Positions 24,872 to 37,407 of a stretch of DNA of 64,000 nucleotides are shown here, one piece after another; position 1 is the stretch's first letter, and each line of letters opens with the position of its first letter. The DNA is from Pristiophorus japonicus (lineage: Eukaryota): positions 17,670,001 to 17,734,000 of the forward strand of contig NC_091978.1 of the NCBI RefSeq assembly GCF_044704955.1. Reading direction: 5' to 3'. The position numbers and the translations under genes are program-made. The notes below the pieces were generated by a model that had not been told where the DNA came from, did no database searches, and saw only the letters and a list, made by a program, of their open reading frames with translations.

Positions 24872-27800
24872 TCACCTCCCCCTCAAAGTCTTATTGGGAT
24901 CACAGGTTAAGTCTCTCTGGTGGTTTACGCTCCCTTGTAGAGCGCCTGAGTTGGGGCTCCGGTTGTTGGGCGCTGGCCTGAGTGTCTGCTGTTTGTGGTG
25001 CCTCAGGCCTGTCCGGACTGCCCACAGTGACTGGGCTCTCCTCTGCTTGGTTCCGGTGTTCGGTCACCTGTGGTGGAGTAAACTCTACGTCGTGTTCTTC
25101 CTCTGCTTCTTCTATGGGGTTGCTGAACCTCCTTTTAGTTTAATCCACGTGTTTGCGGCAGATTTGTCCATTGTTAAATTTAACTACCAAAACCCTATTC
25201 CCCTCTTTGGCAATCACAGTGCCTGCAAGCCATTTGGGCCCTGCAGCGTAATTAAGGACAAAAAGAGGGTCATTGACATCAATCCATCGCGCCCTCGCAT
25301 TCCTGTCATGGTAGTCACATTGTGAATGATGTCTGCTCTCAGCAATTTCTTTCATAGTATGGTGTATAAGGGATAACCTGGTTTTGAGCATCCTTTTCAT
25401 TAGCAGTTCTGCGGGTGGACCCCCTGTAAGCGAGTGTGGTCGGGATCTATTGGCCAACAGGAAGCGTGATAAGCGGCTTTGTAAGGAACCCCCTTGGATT
25501 CTGAGCATCTCGTTTGATTATCTGCACTGCTCGTTCCATCTGGCCGTTTGAGGCCGGCTTGAACGGTGCTGTTCTGACATGGTTGATTCCATTGCCTGCC
25601 ATGAAGTCCTGGAATTCAGTGCTTGTGAACCACGGGCCATTGTCGCTGACCAAGACATCCGGTAGACCATGGGCAGCGAACATTGCCCGTAGCAGAGGAT
25701 GTGCTTGAATTTAAAAAGGCACACTCAATCCATTTGGAGTAGGTGTCTACTACAAGCAAAAACATTTTTCCCATGAAAGGATCTGCGTAGTCCACATGGA
25801 TGCGTGACCATGGCTTGGTGGGCCAGGACCAGGGGCTAAGGGGGGGCTTCCCTGGGTGCGTTCCAGGTCTGCATCTATCCCTGGCCACCAAACATGTGAC
25901 CTGGCAATTGCCTTCATCATGACAATGCCCGGGTGCTCATTGTGAAGTTCTCTGATCAACACCTCTCTGCCCATCTGGGGCATGACTACTCGGTTTCCTC
26001 ACAGTAGGCAATCGGCCTGAATCGAGAGTTCATCCTTGCACCTATCAAACGGTTTAAATTCCTCAGGGCATACCCCGTACGTGGCTGCCCAGTCCCCATT
26101 CAGGACACATTTCTTAACTAAAGGCAGTAGCAGGTCTTTATTTGTCCAGACTTTAATCTGACGGCTGTCACAAGTGAGCCTTCACTTTCGAAAGCTTCAA
26201 CAGCCATCACCATCTTAGCATCATGCTCAGTTGCCTCTCGGTGGTGGCTAATGGGAGCCTGCTGAGTGCATCGGCGCAGTTTTCAGTGCCCGGTCTGTGC
26301 CGAATTGTGTAGTCATAGGCAGCTAACTTAAGTGCCCACCTCTGTATGCGAGCCGATGCATTTGCATTTATGGCTTTGTTGTCGGCCAAAAGGGACGTTA
26401 GGGGTTTGTGATCTGTCTCCAGCTCAAATTTCCTGCCAAACAGATATTGGTGCATTTTTTTTACTGCATATACACATGCTAGCACTTCCTTTTCTACCAT
26501 CCCGTAGCCCCTTTCTGCCTGGGACAGACTTCTGGAGGCATAAGCTACTGGCTGTAACTGACCCTTGGCATTCACATGCTGCATCACACACCTGACCCCA
26601 TAGGACGATGCATCGCACGTTAGAACAAGTTTCTTACACGGGTCATAACGTTAACAGATTGTTAGAGCAGAACAAGTTGCGTGCTCTATTAAAAGACCTT
26701 TCCTGGCTGTCCCCCCAGACTCATTCGTGACCTTTACGTAGGAGCACATGTAGCGGCTCTAGCAGCGTGCTCAATTTGAGAAGAAAGTTACCAAAATAGT
26801 TCAGGAGCCCCAGGAACAAACGCAGCTCCGTCGTGTTACGGGGTCTGGGTGCTCTCTGGATCGCTTCCGTCTTGGACTGATCCCGTCTGCTGCTACCCTC
26901 ATCCCCAGGAATTCGATCTCTGGAGCTAGGAAGACGCACTTCGCCTTTTTCAGTCGCAGCCCTACCCGGTCCAGTCTGCGTAGCATCTCCTCCAGGTTGT
27001 GGAGGTGTTCTTCAGTATCGCAACCCGTGATAAGGATGTCGTCCTGAAAAACCACCATCCCTGGAATCGACTTGAGGAGGCTTTCCATATTTCGCTGAAA
27101 GATCGCGGCGGCCGAGCGAATCCCGAACGGACATCTGTTGTACTCAAACAACCCCTTGTGTGTCGTGATGGTGGTCAGCTTCTTCGACTCACTCGCCAGC
27201 TCCTGGGTCATGTAAGCTGAGGTCAGGTCCAATTTTTAAAAAGTTTGCCACCGGATAGCGTCGCAAAGAGGTCCTCCACTCTCGGTAGCGGGTACTGACC
27301 TTGGAGTGACTCCCGATTGATGGTGGCCTTGTAATCACTACATATCCTGACAGACCCATCCGCCTTGAGCACCGGCACAATCGGGCTCGCCCAGTCACTG
27401 AATTCAACTGGCGAGATGATGCCTTCCCTCAACAGGCGGTCCAATTCACATTCTACCTTTTCCCGCATCACGTACGGCACCGCTCTGGCCTTGTGGTGTA
27501 CTGCCCTGGCGTCCGGGTTTATGTGAATCACTACCTTGGCCCCCATGAAAGTGCCGATTCTGGGTTGAAATAATGAGTCAAATTTGTCCAGGACCTGTGA
27601 GCATGATACTCGCTCCACAGAAGAAATTGCATTGACATCGCCCCATTTCCAGTTCATGACAGCAAGCCAACTCCTCCCCAGTAGTGCGGGACCGTCCCCC
27701 GGGACAATCCAGAGTGGCAACCTGTTCTCCGAATCTTTGTGGGTCACGACTACCGTGGCACTGCCTAGCACCGGAATGACCTCCTTTGTATATGTCCGTA

Positions 27801-28812
27801 GATGTGCGTCAATCGGCAATAATTTTGGCCTCCTGGCCTTGGACACCCACAACCTTTCGAACTGTTTGATGCTCATTAGGGACTGGCTGGCCCCCATGTC
27901 TAGCTCCATTAATACTGAGATGCCATTGAGGACCACTTTCATCATTATCGGTGGCGTCCTGGTATATGAACTGTATATGTGCTCCACATGAACTCGCTGA
28001 ACTTCAGTTTCCAGCGATTTCCCTCAGTATTCATTTGGCCTCGTAGGGCTTACATCGGGCCTGTCCTCCTCGTACATCAACCTGGCTGCAGGTTTCCTGC
28101 ACATACGCACCAAGTGACCACTGACATTGCAGTTTCTGCAGGTATATTGCTGATACCTACAAGCTCTGGCTGCGTGTCTGCCTCCACACCTCCAGCATGA
28201 GCTGGAGGCCCCGTTGTTGGAAACAAAAGGTCCATTACCAGTCGATCGTCTCTGACTGTCTCTGTAACTGTCCTTAAGCGCATCATTAACAGGTGTTGAT
28301 GGCCTCATTACTGGCCGCATTGTCCATTGCGATGGCATGAATCGCCGTTCAGCTAGCCATTGTCTCTGTTGATTTCCCCCTTTGGGTTCAACTACATGCT
28401 GGGGCATGTCCGATTGCCCTTGTCTGCCTAGAGAACTGTGTGCCGCGTTAACAATGTTGACTCCCTGGTCGTTTGCCGCATTTGAGCCAAGATTTTTGTC
28501 ATACATCATTCTGGCCTCTTCCTCCCCTGAGATAAATGTCTGGGCTATCAGAGCCGCCGCTTCCAAGGTCAAGTCTTTGGTCTCAATCAGTTTCCTGAAA
28601 ACCCCAGCGTGCCCGATGCCCTCAATAAAAAAGTCTCGCAGCATCTCCGCTCTGCATGCATCTGTGAACTTACATAGGCTCGCCAGTCGCCAGAGATCTG
28701 CCATGAAGTCAGGAACGTTTTGCTCTTCTTGCTGCAAGTGCGTGTAAAACCGGTGTCTTGCCATGTGCATGCTGCTCGCCGGTTTAAAGTGTTCCCCGAT
28801 CAACTTACTGAG

Positions 28813-28889
28813 CTTGTGGTCAATGTTCTCAAGGTGTACAACTTAGGTCAGTTTATACATGGGTTACAATGATAGTTGAATACATGACA
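28813..28889 (-). repeat. Truncated 5' LTR of the inner Gypsy
   Basis: 73/77 identical to 24795-24871; fused directly to internal gag sequence. Confidence 0.9.
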
Positions 28890-31373
28890 CCTTTGTTTTC
28901 CGAAAACAATGAAATGAATGGCTTGTGATCTGTTTCCAGTTCAAACCAAATACCAAACAGGTACTAATGCATCTGCTTAACCCCATACACACAAGCTAAT
29001 GCTTCTTTTTCTACCATGCTGTAGGCTCTTTCTGCCTTTGACAAACTTTTAGAAGCATACGCAACAGGTTGGAGTTTGCCCGACTCATTAGCTTATTGGA
29101 GCACGCAACCAACTCCATATGACGAAGTATTACAGGCCAATACTAGACACTTGCATGGATCATAATGTACCAAACAGCTTGTTAAAGCAAAGCAGATTAG
29201 TAGCTTTCTTAAAAGCTCTATCTTGAGACGCAGCCCAAACCCAGTTGTCGCCTTTTCTTTGCAGCATGTGCAGTGGCTCTAATGAAGTGCTCAATCTAGG
29301 CAGGAAATTACCAAAGTAGTTGAGTAGACCAAGGAACGAATGCAGCTCCGCCACATTCTGAGGCTTGGGTGCATTTTTGATGGCCTTGGTTTTTGAGTCC
29401 GTAGGCCTGATGCCGTCAGCAGCAATTTTCCTCCCCAGGAATTCGACTTCCGGTGCCATGAAGACGCACTTCGAATGTTTCAGTCTGAGTCCCACTTTGT
29501 CCAGACGATGTAGAACCTCTTCCAGGTTGTTCAGATGTTCATCGGTGTCACGACCTGTGACCAGGATGTCATCTTGGAACACAACAGTTCTAGGGACGGA
29601 CTTCAGTAGACTCTCCATGTTCCTCTGAAATATGGCTGCAGCCGAGCGAATTCCGAAAGGATACCTGTTGTAGATAAACAGTCCTTTATGAGTGTTGATG
29701 CACATAAGTTTCTTCGACGTCTCGACAAGCTCCTGTGTCATGTAGGCCGACGTCAGATCCAGTTTAATGAATGACTTCCCCCGAGCTAGCTTTGCAAACA
29801 GGTCATCAGCCTTCGGTAACAGGTATTGATCCTGTTTCGAAACTCAGTCGATCATAACCTTGTAGTCTCCACAAATCCTGACAGTGCCATCACTTTTCAA
29901 CAATGGAACAATGGGGCTGGCCCATTTGTTAAATTCGACCCTTCACGCTGGAGTCTGTCCAGTTCGATTTCGACATTCTCCCTCATCATTTACGGAACCG
30001 CCCGAGCTTTATGATGGATGGGTCTTGCATCTGAGTCCACGTGGATCTGCACCTTGGCTCCCGTGAAATTGCTGATGCCTGGTTCAAACAGCATAGGGAA
30101 CTTGCTCAGCACTTGAACATATGGAGTATCATCCTCCGACAACAATCGTTCCAATTCCATTTGATTTTTTCTAGCCAATTCCTGCCGAACAGCGTTGGCC
30201 CATTGCCTGGAACAATCCATAACGGTAAATCATGAACCGCACCATCATACGGCACCTTGACTACTGTACTGCCAATCACCGTTATGAGTTCTTTAGTGTA
30301 CGTACTCAACTTGGCATTGACTGGACTCAATTTAGGCCTTACAGCTTTAGTATCTCACAGCTTATCGAATGTTCTCTCATTATTGATTGACTCGCACCCG
30401 TGTCCAATTCCATTGGTACCGGCACACCGTTAAATTTCACATTAATCATTATCAGTTGGTTCTTTGTTAGGAACGAATACAGTCCATACACTTCCTCCTC
30501 TGGCATCTCGGATTGCATAGCCGGATCCGCGCTATACTGGTCATCATCCTCCACGTGGTGTGTCGCAGCACGCTTGCTCAGTTGCGGACACATGCGCTGG
30601 AGATGCCCCCGTCTCAAACAGCCTTTACAAATGTACAGTTAAAACCGACACTGATGAGGCCGATGATTGCCCCCACAACGCCAACACGGTGAAATCGGAT
30701 TCATTTCCGTTAGCGGACTTTGAGCAGCCACAGGTTTCGCATACGCAGTTGAGTAGGCCCTGCCATATGCAGCTCTGACAAATGACGAGACAATCTTGTT
30801 TACAGTATTTGCTGAGTTCCGATTTTCTGATGATATCTGCTTTAAGTGTTTGTCCGTCGTCATGCATGCCTGGGCAATCGTGATGGCCTTGCTCAAGTCC
30901 AACATTTCCACCACCAATAGCTTATGCAGGATCACCTCATGGTTGATGACGATTACAAACAAGTCCCGCAGCATGTCTCGCAACTCGTTTTCGAACTTAC
31001 ATGGTCTAGCTAGACGTCAGCAACGAATTCTGAAACATCCTGGCCCTCAGAACTAACATGCTTGTAGAATCGATATCGTGAGATGATGATGCCTTCTTCT
31101 GGTTTGAGATGGTCATGTACCAGAGCACACAATTTCTCATAGACCTTGTTCGTTGGACTTGCAGGCGAGAGAAGATTTTTTATGAGTCCATAGATTTTCG
31201 GACCGCAAACTGTGCCTAACTGCGTCAATGGGTTTCTCCATTTTGTTTGCAACGAAGTACTGGTCCAGGCGAGCTACAAAATCTGTCCAGTCCGCTCCCT
31301 CCATGAATCTCTCCAGAATTGCAATTGTGCTCATTTTTGCATGCGAAGGTTCTTAAGTTACTTCGTCGCAAAA

Positions 31374-31578
31374 TGTTATGTATATAATAAATTGATGTAC
31401 TGAATACTCTAAACTCACACAGGTACAAACCTGTCTCTGCTTTATTATGACCCAAAGTGATTACATTACATGATGGCTTGCCTTTTATACCTGGGCTGCA
31501 CACACGTGCGTACAGCCCAATGACCTCTGACAGTCGGGCCACCTAGTGGCTAGTAACCCCAAGCACACATACATGACA
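31374..31578 (-). repeat. 5' LTR of the outer Gypsy element (205 bp)
   Basis: TGTTATGTAT...ATACATGACA termini; minus-strand TATAAAA (~31484) and AATAAA (~31441); adjacent degenerate TGGCGACGAG-type PBS. Confidence 0.85.
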
Positions 31579-32431
31579 GATGCTAGGTCACTTGTTAGTT
31601 TTAAATCTGAGATTGATAGATTTCTTTTAACCAAAGGTAATAAGGGATATGGGCCAAAGTGGGTATAGGAGTTAGGTCGCAGATCAGCCACAATCTCATT
31701 TAATGGCAGCTCAAGGGGCTAAATGTTCAACTTTCAAACGCTTTCTGTTTTGAACAAGTTGAGTCCAGAAATTGCTGTCGATAATATTATTGCAGTCGTA
31801 TGATATATCCCTGCCTGAACCCATTTATAACAAACTGCTTCCCTTAAAACGGCTAACAGGGGAATGTCATGGGAATACACTATGCATTTCTCCATCTATG
31901 TCACAGCAGCAACTTCCAACCTCTTTCGCTTTCATCAAAAAGGTTTTATTTTCTTGTACTATACACCACAATGTTTTTTTAAAAAAACATCGTCTCTAAA
32001 ATAATAATCAAGAGGAGCAGGTTTAGGAAACTGGGATGTGTGTTGTGGGCTGAAGTTACCTTATTGCCTGCAGTCTGGAGTTTGCAGCCTTATTATGTTC
32101 TTAATGATTATGAATTGTCACTTCTCATATTTCCCTATGGACACTGACTGTTCTAATATAGATGGTTGCTGGTTATCCCATCGGTCATTGCCACGGTAAC
32201 AAAGAGGTTCCCAACACGATTATGTAAACAAACTCAAACCAGCTTTCAAAGCTGTTGCAGCTCACCCATAGTCTTTCCTTCAAACCAATGTCCCGACTTA
32301 TCTCTGTAACCTCCTCCCGCCCACAATCCTTGTCACACATTACAACAGTACTCTGAGGTCAAATCCTCAATAAAATGTAGTGTGGAATTTATTTTTAAAA
32401 CCTCAGCTGAAACCTGTCACCACTCCAACCA

Positions 32432-32839
32432 GATTGAGGATAGGTTGAGTAGGTTGGGCCTATACACATTGGAGTTCAGAAGAATGAGAGATGATCTTAT
32501 TGAAACATAAGATAATGAGTGGGCTCGACAAGGTGGATGCAGAGACAATATTTCCAATCATAAGGGAAACTAAAACGAGGGGACATAGTCTTAGAATAAG
32601 GGGCCACCCACTTAAAACTTGGAATTCTCTGTCCCAGAGAGCTGTGGAGGTTGGGTCATTGAATATATTTAAGGCAAAGATAGACAGATTTTTGAGCGCT
32701 AAGGGAGTAAAGGGTTATGGGGAGCGGGCAGGGAAGTGGAGCTGAGTCCATGATCAGATCAGCCATGATCTTATTAAATGGCAGAGCAGGCTCAAGGGGC
32801 CAAATGGCCTACTCCTGCTCCTATTTCTTATGTTCTTAT
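32432..32839 (+). mobile_element. CR1 3' fragment
   Basis: KTRGHSLRIRG; tail tttcttatgttcttatg. Confidence 0.9.
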
Positions 32840-32927
32840 GTTACCCGTAATTTTTTTATTGGGTGTACGGCCCCTTTAAGGGGCTGCGCAGCCCATTCGC
32901 AGTTCAGCGCACGCGAAACATGACATT

Positions 32928-33877
32928 GACCCTGATAAATTGCGGCCTCTCCAGGTGCTTACGATGCGCACACGTGCCCAAAGAGGTCCCGCAAAGCGTG
33001 AGCGCCTGAAACCGACACTTGCGAACTATCAAAATTTCTTTTGACAGATCCAACACATCCCTGGGAGAAGGACCTTCTTGGGTGAAGATTTGGACTATTT
33101 GCCCAGCTCTTGCCCAGCAAGTATCCTTCAAATTCATGCCTGGTCAGGCATAAGGCCTGCTTTTACCAGTGTAAGAGCTTTAAAAGAGAGAAAAATTTAA
33201 TTTTATCACAAATTTTTATATTAAAAACTCTGCCCATTATAGAAAGTTTATTTTTAACCCTATTAAATTATTTTTGAAACATTTTTAAAAAAATAAATTT
33301 TTTCTTAATTCATTTAATTTCAATTTATTTTAAATATGTGAGGTTTTTTTAAAAATTTATTGTGTTGTGTTTCTGTGCTTTGGAGGGCTATTCTCATTGA
33401 TAGTAATGGGAGCTCGTACAAACGGAACTCACCATTATTATCAATGAGAATACTTCACGTTTATTGGTGGTCCAGGCCCACTTGATCCCAGAGTCTCATT
33501 GCCGAGAGTATGCAGAAATCAAGCGCAGAGAGCAGAAAGAGCGTGCGGCAAACCAGTCCCACCCACTCCTTCCCCTCAACGACTATCTGTCCCACCTGTG
33601 ACAGAGTCTGTGGCTCTCGTATTGGACTGTTCAGCCACCTAAGGACTCACTTCAGGAGTGGAAGCAAGTCTTCCTCGATTCCGAGGGACTGCCTATGATG
33701 ATGGGATCCCAGGTTGCGCTTACGTTGCTGGGATAAGTGGGCCTCTGCGCTGGGCTGCGCATCTGAGCCTCGGACCGTAAATATACGTTCCTCTGGGACC
33801 ACCAGGTACTTTCGTAAAATAAATCTCACTCGGAGGTATCTGCCCACGGGAAGCCTCCGACCGCAATTTTTTGGACC
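32928..33877. mobile_element. Harbinger-like MITE
   Basis: Imperfect TIRs gaccctgataaattgcgg / ccgcaattttttggacc; 3-bp TSD ATT on both sides. Confidence 0.65.
33492..33704 (+). mobile_element. RTE 3' terminal fragment
   Basis: CPTCDRVCGSRIGLFSHLRTH; (ATG)n tail; flanked by a GATCCCAG direct repeat. Confidence 0.85.
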
Positions 33878-33970
33878 ATTGAAAATGTCGGTCCTGCGCT
33901 GCGCGGGATCGGCAGAGAGCTGCGCGGCCGCACAGCTTAGTGGGAACGTTGACTCCAACCTTACTTCTCT

Positions 33971-34438
33971 GTCAGCCGTGGCTCAGTGGGTAGCACTCAT
34001 GTTTCTGAGTCAGAAGGTTGTGGGTTCAAGTTCCACTCGAGAGACTTGAGCACAAAAATATGGATTGACACTCCCAGTGCAGTGCTGAGGGAGTGCTGCA
34101 CTGTCGGAGGTGCCGTCTTACAAATAAGATGTTAAACCAAGGCCCCGTCTGCCCTCTCAGGTGGACGTAAATTATCCCATGGCACTATTTCAAAGAAGAG
34201 CAAGAGAGTCCTCCCTGATATCCTGGCCAATATTTATCCCTTAATCACCATCACTAAAACAGATTATCTGGGCCTTATCACACTGCTGTTTGAGACCTTA
34301 CTGTGCACAAATTAGCAGCCGCGTTTCCTACATTACGACAGTGACTATACTTCAAAAAGTGCTTCACTGGCTGGAAAGCGCTTTGGGATGTCCCAAGGTC
34401 ATGAAAGACGCTATATAAATGCAATTTCTTTCTTTCTT
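33971..34438 (+). mobile_element. Full-length DeuSINE
   Basis: A/B boxes, Deu-like core, tail gctatataaatgca. Confidence 0.85.
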
Positions 34439-34465
34439 ATTTATCTTTAAATCATCACAAACATC

Positions 34466-34845
34466 AAGGGTACAGTAATGTTGTGGTTATGTTGCTGGAT
34501 TCATAATCCAGAGGCATACATGAATAATCCAGTTGAACTTGAGGTCAAATATCACCATTTGAATTCAGATTTTTTTTTAATCTGGAAATGTCAAAAAACT
34601 GTTCAGTAAAAGTGACCATGAACCTGCCTGACTGTTGTTAAAATCCCAACTGTGTTATCTGATGTCCTTTAGGGAAGGAAAGCTGCCATCCATACCCGGT
34701 CTGGTCTATCTTTGACTCCCGTCCCACACCCAATATGGTTGAGTCCTAACTGCCCCCGCTAAAGTGGTCTGGCAAGACAGTGAGGCAGTGTAACAAGGAT
34801 TGGGTAATAATTGTTGGTCTTGCTAGTGATCTCGAGAATGAATTG
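34466..34845 (+). mobile_element. tRNA-headed SINE family B, diverged
   Basis: Collinear with 35786-36158. Confidence 0.65.
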
Positions 34846-34955
34846 AAAAGAAAACTCTGCTTGTGCTTGAATGCTCAGACAAAGTTAATTAATGAATTTA
34901 CACCAGAGAATCCGATCCTTTCATCCCAAAGCTGCAACCATCTTGAATTATGGGT

Positions 34956-35214
34956 TGTTATGTATGCACCTGTGAGTTGTAGAGCTGTTGCATTGTGAGT
35001 GGCTTAACCAGTCACGTGATGTTCACAAGACTCAATAAAACCCCAGCCAGTTGGGTCTAGGTCATCCACGATGAGGTATGCTGTTGCGAGCCTGGTGGAT
35101 GAACTGGTAATGTGTAGTGTGATTGTTAAACCTTTGTTAATAAAGCAACTAGTTCTTAATAGCAATATGTTGCGATGAATTCTTAAGCAAAGAACCCATG
35201 AGGCATACATTACA
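34956..35214 (+). mobile_element. Solo LTR (259 bp), Gypsy-like
   Basis: TGTTATGTATGC...GCATACATTACA inverted termini; perfect 5-bp TSD TGGGT; AATAAA inside. Confidence 0.9.
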
Positions 35215-35785
35215 TGGGTATGCCCCTGAAAGCCCCTTTTAAATGCTGCATTTTATCAACTTATTTGTGAGATGTGACAAGCTCATCTTTTACTTTGAGA
35301 AACCATCAGCAAATCTTAAAACTTTCCTGCCTCACTTCTATGCGCAACAGGAGAAAATAATGTCTGAGAGGTTGGTTCTAACAATTTAATTGTGCCCTTC
35401 AACACCTCTGATTGGTTTTGCAGCTTCCAGTCCTATCTTTCAACTGATCTGACCTGTTGTGGCAGCATTCAAACTGCCTTCTAACAGATATGAATGGTTG
35501 ATATTGACAATCTCCAATCCAGTGAACAAGGCTTGCTTATTTTTTTAATAAAATGCAAGCAAGGCGAGAGACGATTTAAACTGCCGTCTGTTTAAGGTGC
35601 TGACTGACGGATGTACCATATGGTTAGATGTTATTGACCTATGGAAAAAAGACAGGTGAGGTTGGGGCCTGACAACCTTCCATGTTTCTGAAAATTCTTA
35701 CATTCATTGAATCATATATTCGGCCCAACTGGCCCATGCTGGCGTTACACTCCACACAAGCCTCCTCCCAACCTACATTATCTCC

Positions 35786-36158
35786 AGGTCTATGGTAGCA
35801 GAGTGGTTAAGTATTGGACTAGTAATCCAGAGGCCTGGACTAATGATCTGGAGATATAAGTTCAATTCCCACTGCTGCAACTGGGGAATTTAAATTCAGT
35901 TAAACCTGCAATTTAAGAAAAAAAAAAGCTAGTATCAGTCATGGTGACCATGAAACTATTGGATTGTCGTTAAAAACCCAACTTCAGGGAAGAAAATCTG
36001 CCGTCCTTACCCAGTCTGGCCTATTTGTGACTCCAGGCCCACAGCAATGTGGTTGACTCTGATCATGCCATTCAGTTGTATTCAAGGGCAATTGGGGATG
36101 GGCACTAAATATTGGTCTGACCAGTGACGCCCACCTCCCGTGAATGAATAAGAAAAAG
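35786..36158 (+). mobile_element. tRNA-headed SINE family B
   Basis: A box-like tagcagagtgg, B box-like agttcaattcc; 3' tail (ttcaagggcaattggggatgggca..gcccac..gaatgaataa) shared with LINE family B. Confidence 0.75.
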
Positions 36159-36609
36159 GCTATGTTCTCTTGCACCGAGTGCATTGTGAAGTCGGACTGG
36201 AAGAACTATGTGATGGGAGGCATGCTCGGATTTCGAGCTGGTCGGAAGGCATGAGTGATTGGATGTGGTGGCTTTGCTGCCTTTTCTGCAGTCATCGATT
36301 ATTACCTGCGATGATGTGAACTTGGAGCGGCCTTGCCTCAAGTGGGGCGGGGGCGATGGGCTGGAGCAGCCCCCTCCGCATTGACTGCGCGGGCTGCAGC
36401 AGTGAATAACACAAACGGCCTTGCCTACAGCAATCCAGCGTCCACACTGGTGCAAACCTGGGACTGTTCATAAAAACAAGGTGACCAGACCGAGCAAGGA
36501 TGGCACTCGCGGGAAAATGTGTTTGTTTTGATCTGTCCTGTAACGGCACAGAATGTATCCACTGAATGTTGCCTAATAAAAAATACTGCACTGTGGAAAA
36601 AAAAACCTT

Positions 36610-36870
36610 AACAGCATATCCTTCTATTCCTTTCTTCCTCATGTGTTTATCAGGCTTCCCTTTAAATGCATCTATGCTAGTCACCTCAACTACTCCCTAT
36701 GGTAGTAAATTCCACATTCTAACCACTCTCTGGGTAAATAGGATTCTCCTGAATTCTTTATTGCTGACCATCTTATATTCATGGCCCCTAGTTTTGGTCC
36801 CCTCCACAATTAAACCCCTTCATATTAAGTCACCTCTCGGTCGGCTCTTTTCTGGAAAATAAAACAGCTT
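36610..36870 (-). mobile_element. CR1 3' fragment
   Basis: ttccacattctaaccactctctgggt, catggccccta are reverse complements of CR1 3' motifs. Confidence 0.7.
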
Positions 36871-37407
36871 TTTCAGTCCTCATAGTTATAGCCTCAGAAT
36901 TACTTTAGCAATTTATACGCTCCTTTAATCTTCCCAAGGCAAAGAATTTGTCAGGCATACGGCTGGTCCCTGATAGATATGTGCTTTGTTAAATATCCCT
37001 GGATTTTACATTCTCTCCGATACTTTCACCGCTGATTTGTAACCTCATCTCATTTGAAGTTAGGACCACCAATCTGTCACCATCAAAAGAATAATTGGAG
37101 TCAAGTTGACATTTAATTTCCACCACTGGTGTGACATGAGATGGCAAGAAAGGGATATGCTAGGCTAGTGATTGTGGTGCTGCATGAGCAAACCAGAGGT
37201 CAAGAGTTCTTATTTACAACAGTGACTACACTTTCAAAGATACTCATTGTCTGTAAATTGCTTTGCGATGTCCTGAGGTTGTAAAAGGTGCTGTATAACT
37301 ACAATTACTGCCTTCCAACATGGTCACATCCCAAGAACACGTCAAATACATTTTTGGGCTGGCTATGTGTGTTATTTAAAATGCAAATTTTAATGGGGCT
37401 TTACATC

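Larger units (their letters stand above)
24625..28889 (-). mobile_element. Inner Gypsy/Ty3 (Mag-like) LTR retrotransposon nested in the outer pol
   Basis: Perfect 5-bp TSD CCTTT (24620-24624, 28890-28894); gag with tandem knuckles CWRCGGRHAARAC/CRNCNVSGHLVRMC; protease LDMGAS; RT FQDDIL; RNase H; integrase; PPT 24872-24886; frameshifted. Confidence 0.95.
23219..31578 (-). mobile_element. Outer Gypsy/Ty3 (Mag-like) LTR retrotransposon, decayed, 3' LTR absent
   Basis: gag from 31334 (MSTIAILERF.., CWRCGGNHRPHQC), protease LDTGAS, RT FQDDIL, RNase H ETDHKP, integrase HSTHPG/ERAVQT in Gypsy order; 5' LTR 31374-31578; degenerate PBS ~31361-31371. Confidence 0.93.
32430..33951. mobile_element. hAT-type MITE hosting nested CR1, Harbinger-like MITE and RTE insertions
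   Basis: Perfect 8-bp TSD ACTCCAAC (32422-32429, 33952-33959); right TIR ttagtgggaacgttg; left TIR ca|...|tgttacccgtaa split by CR1. Confidence 0.75.
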
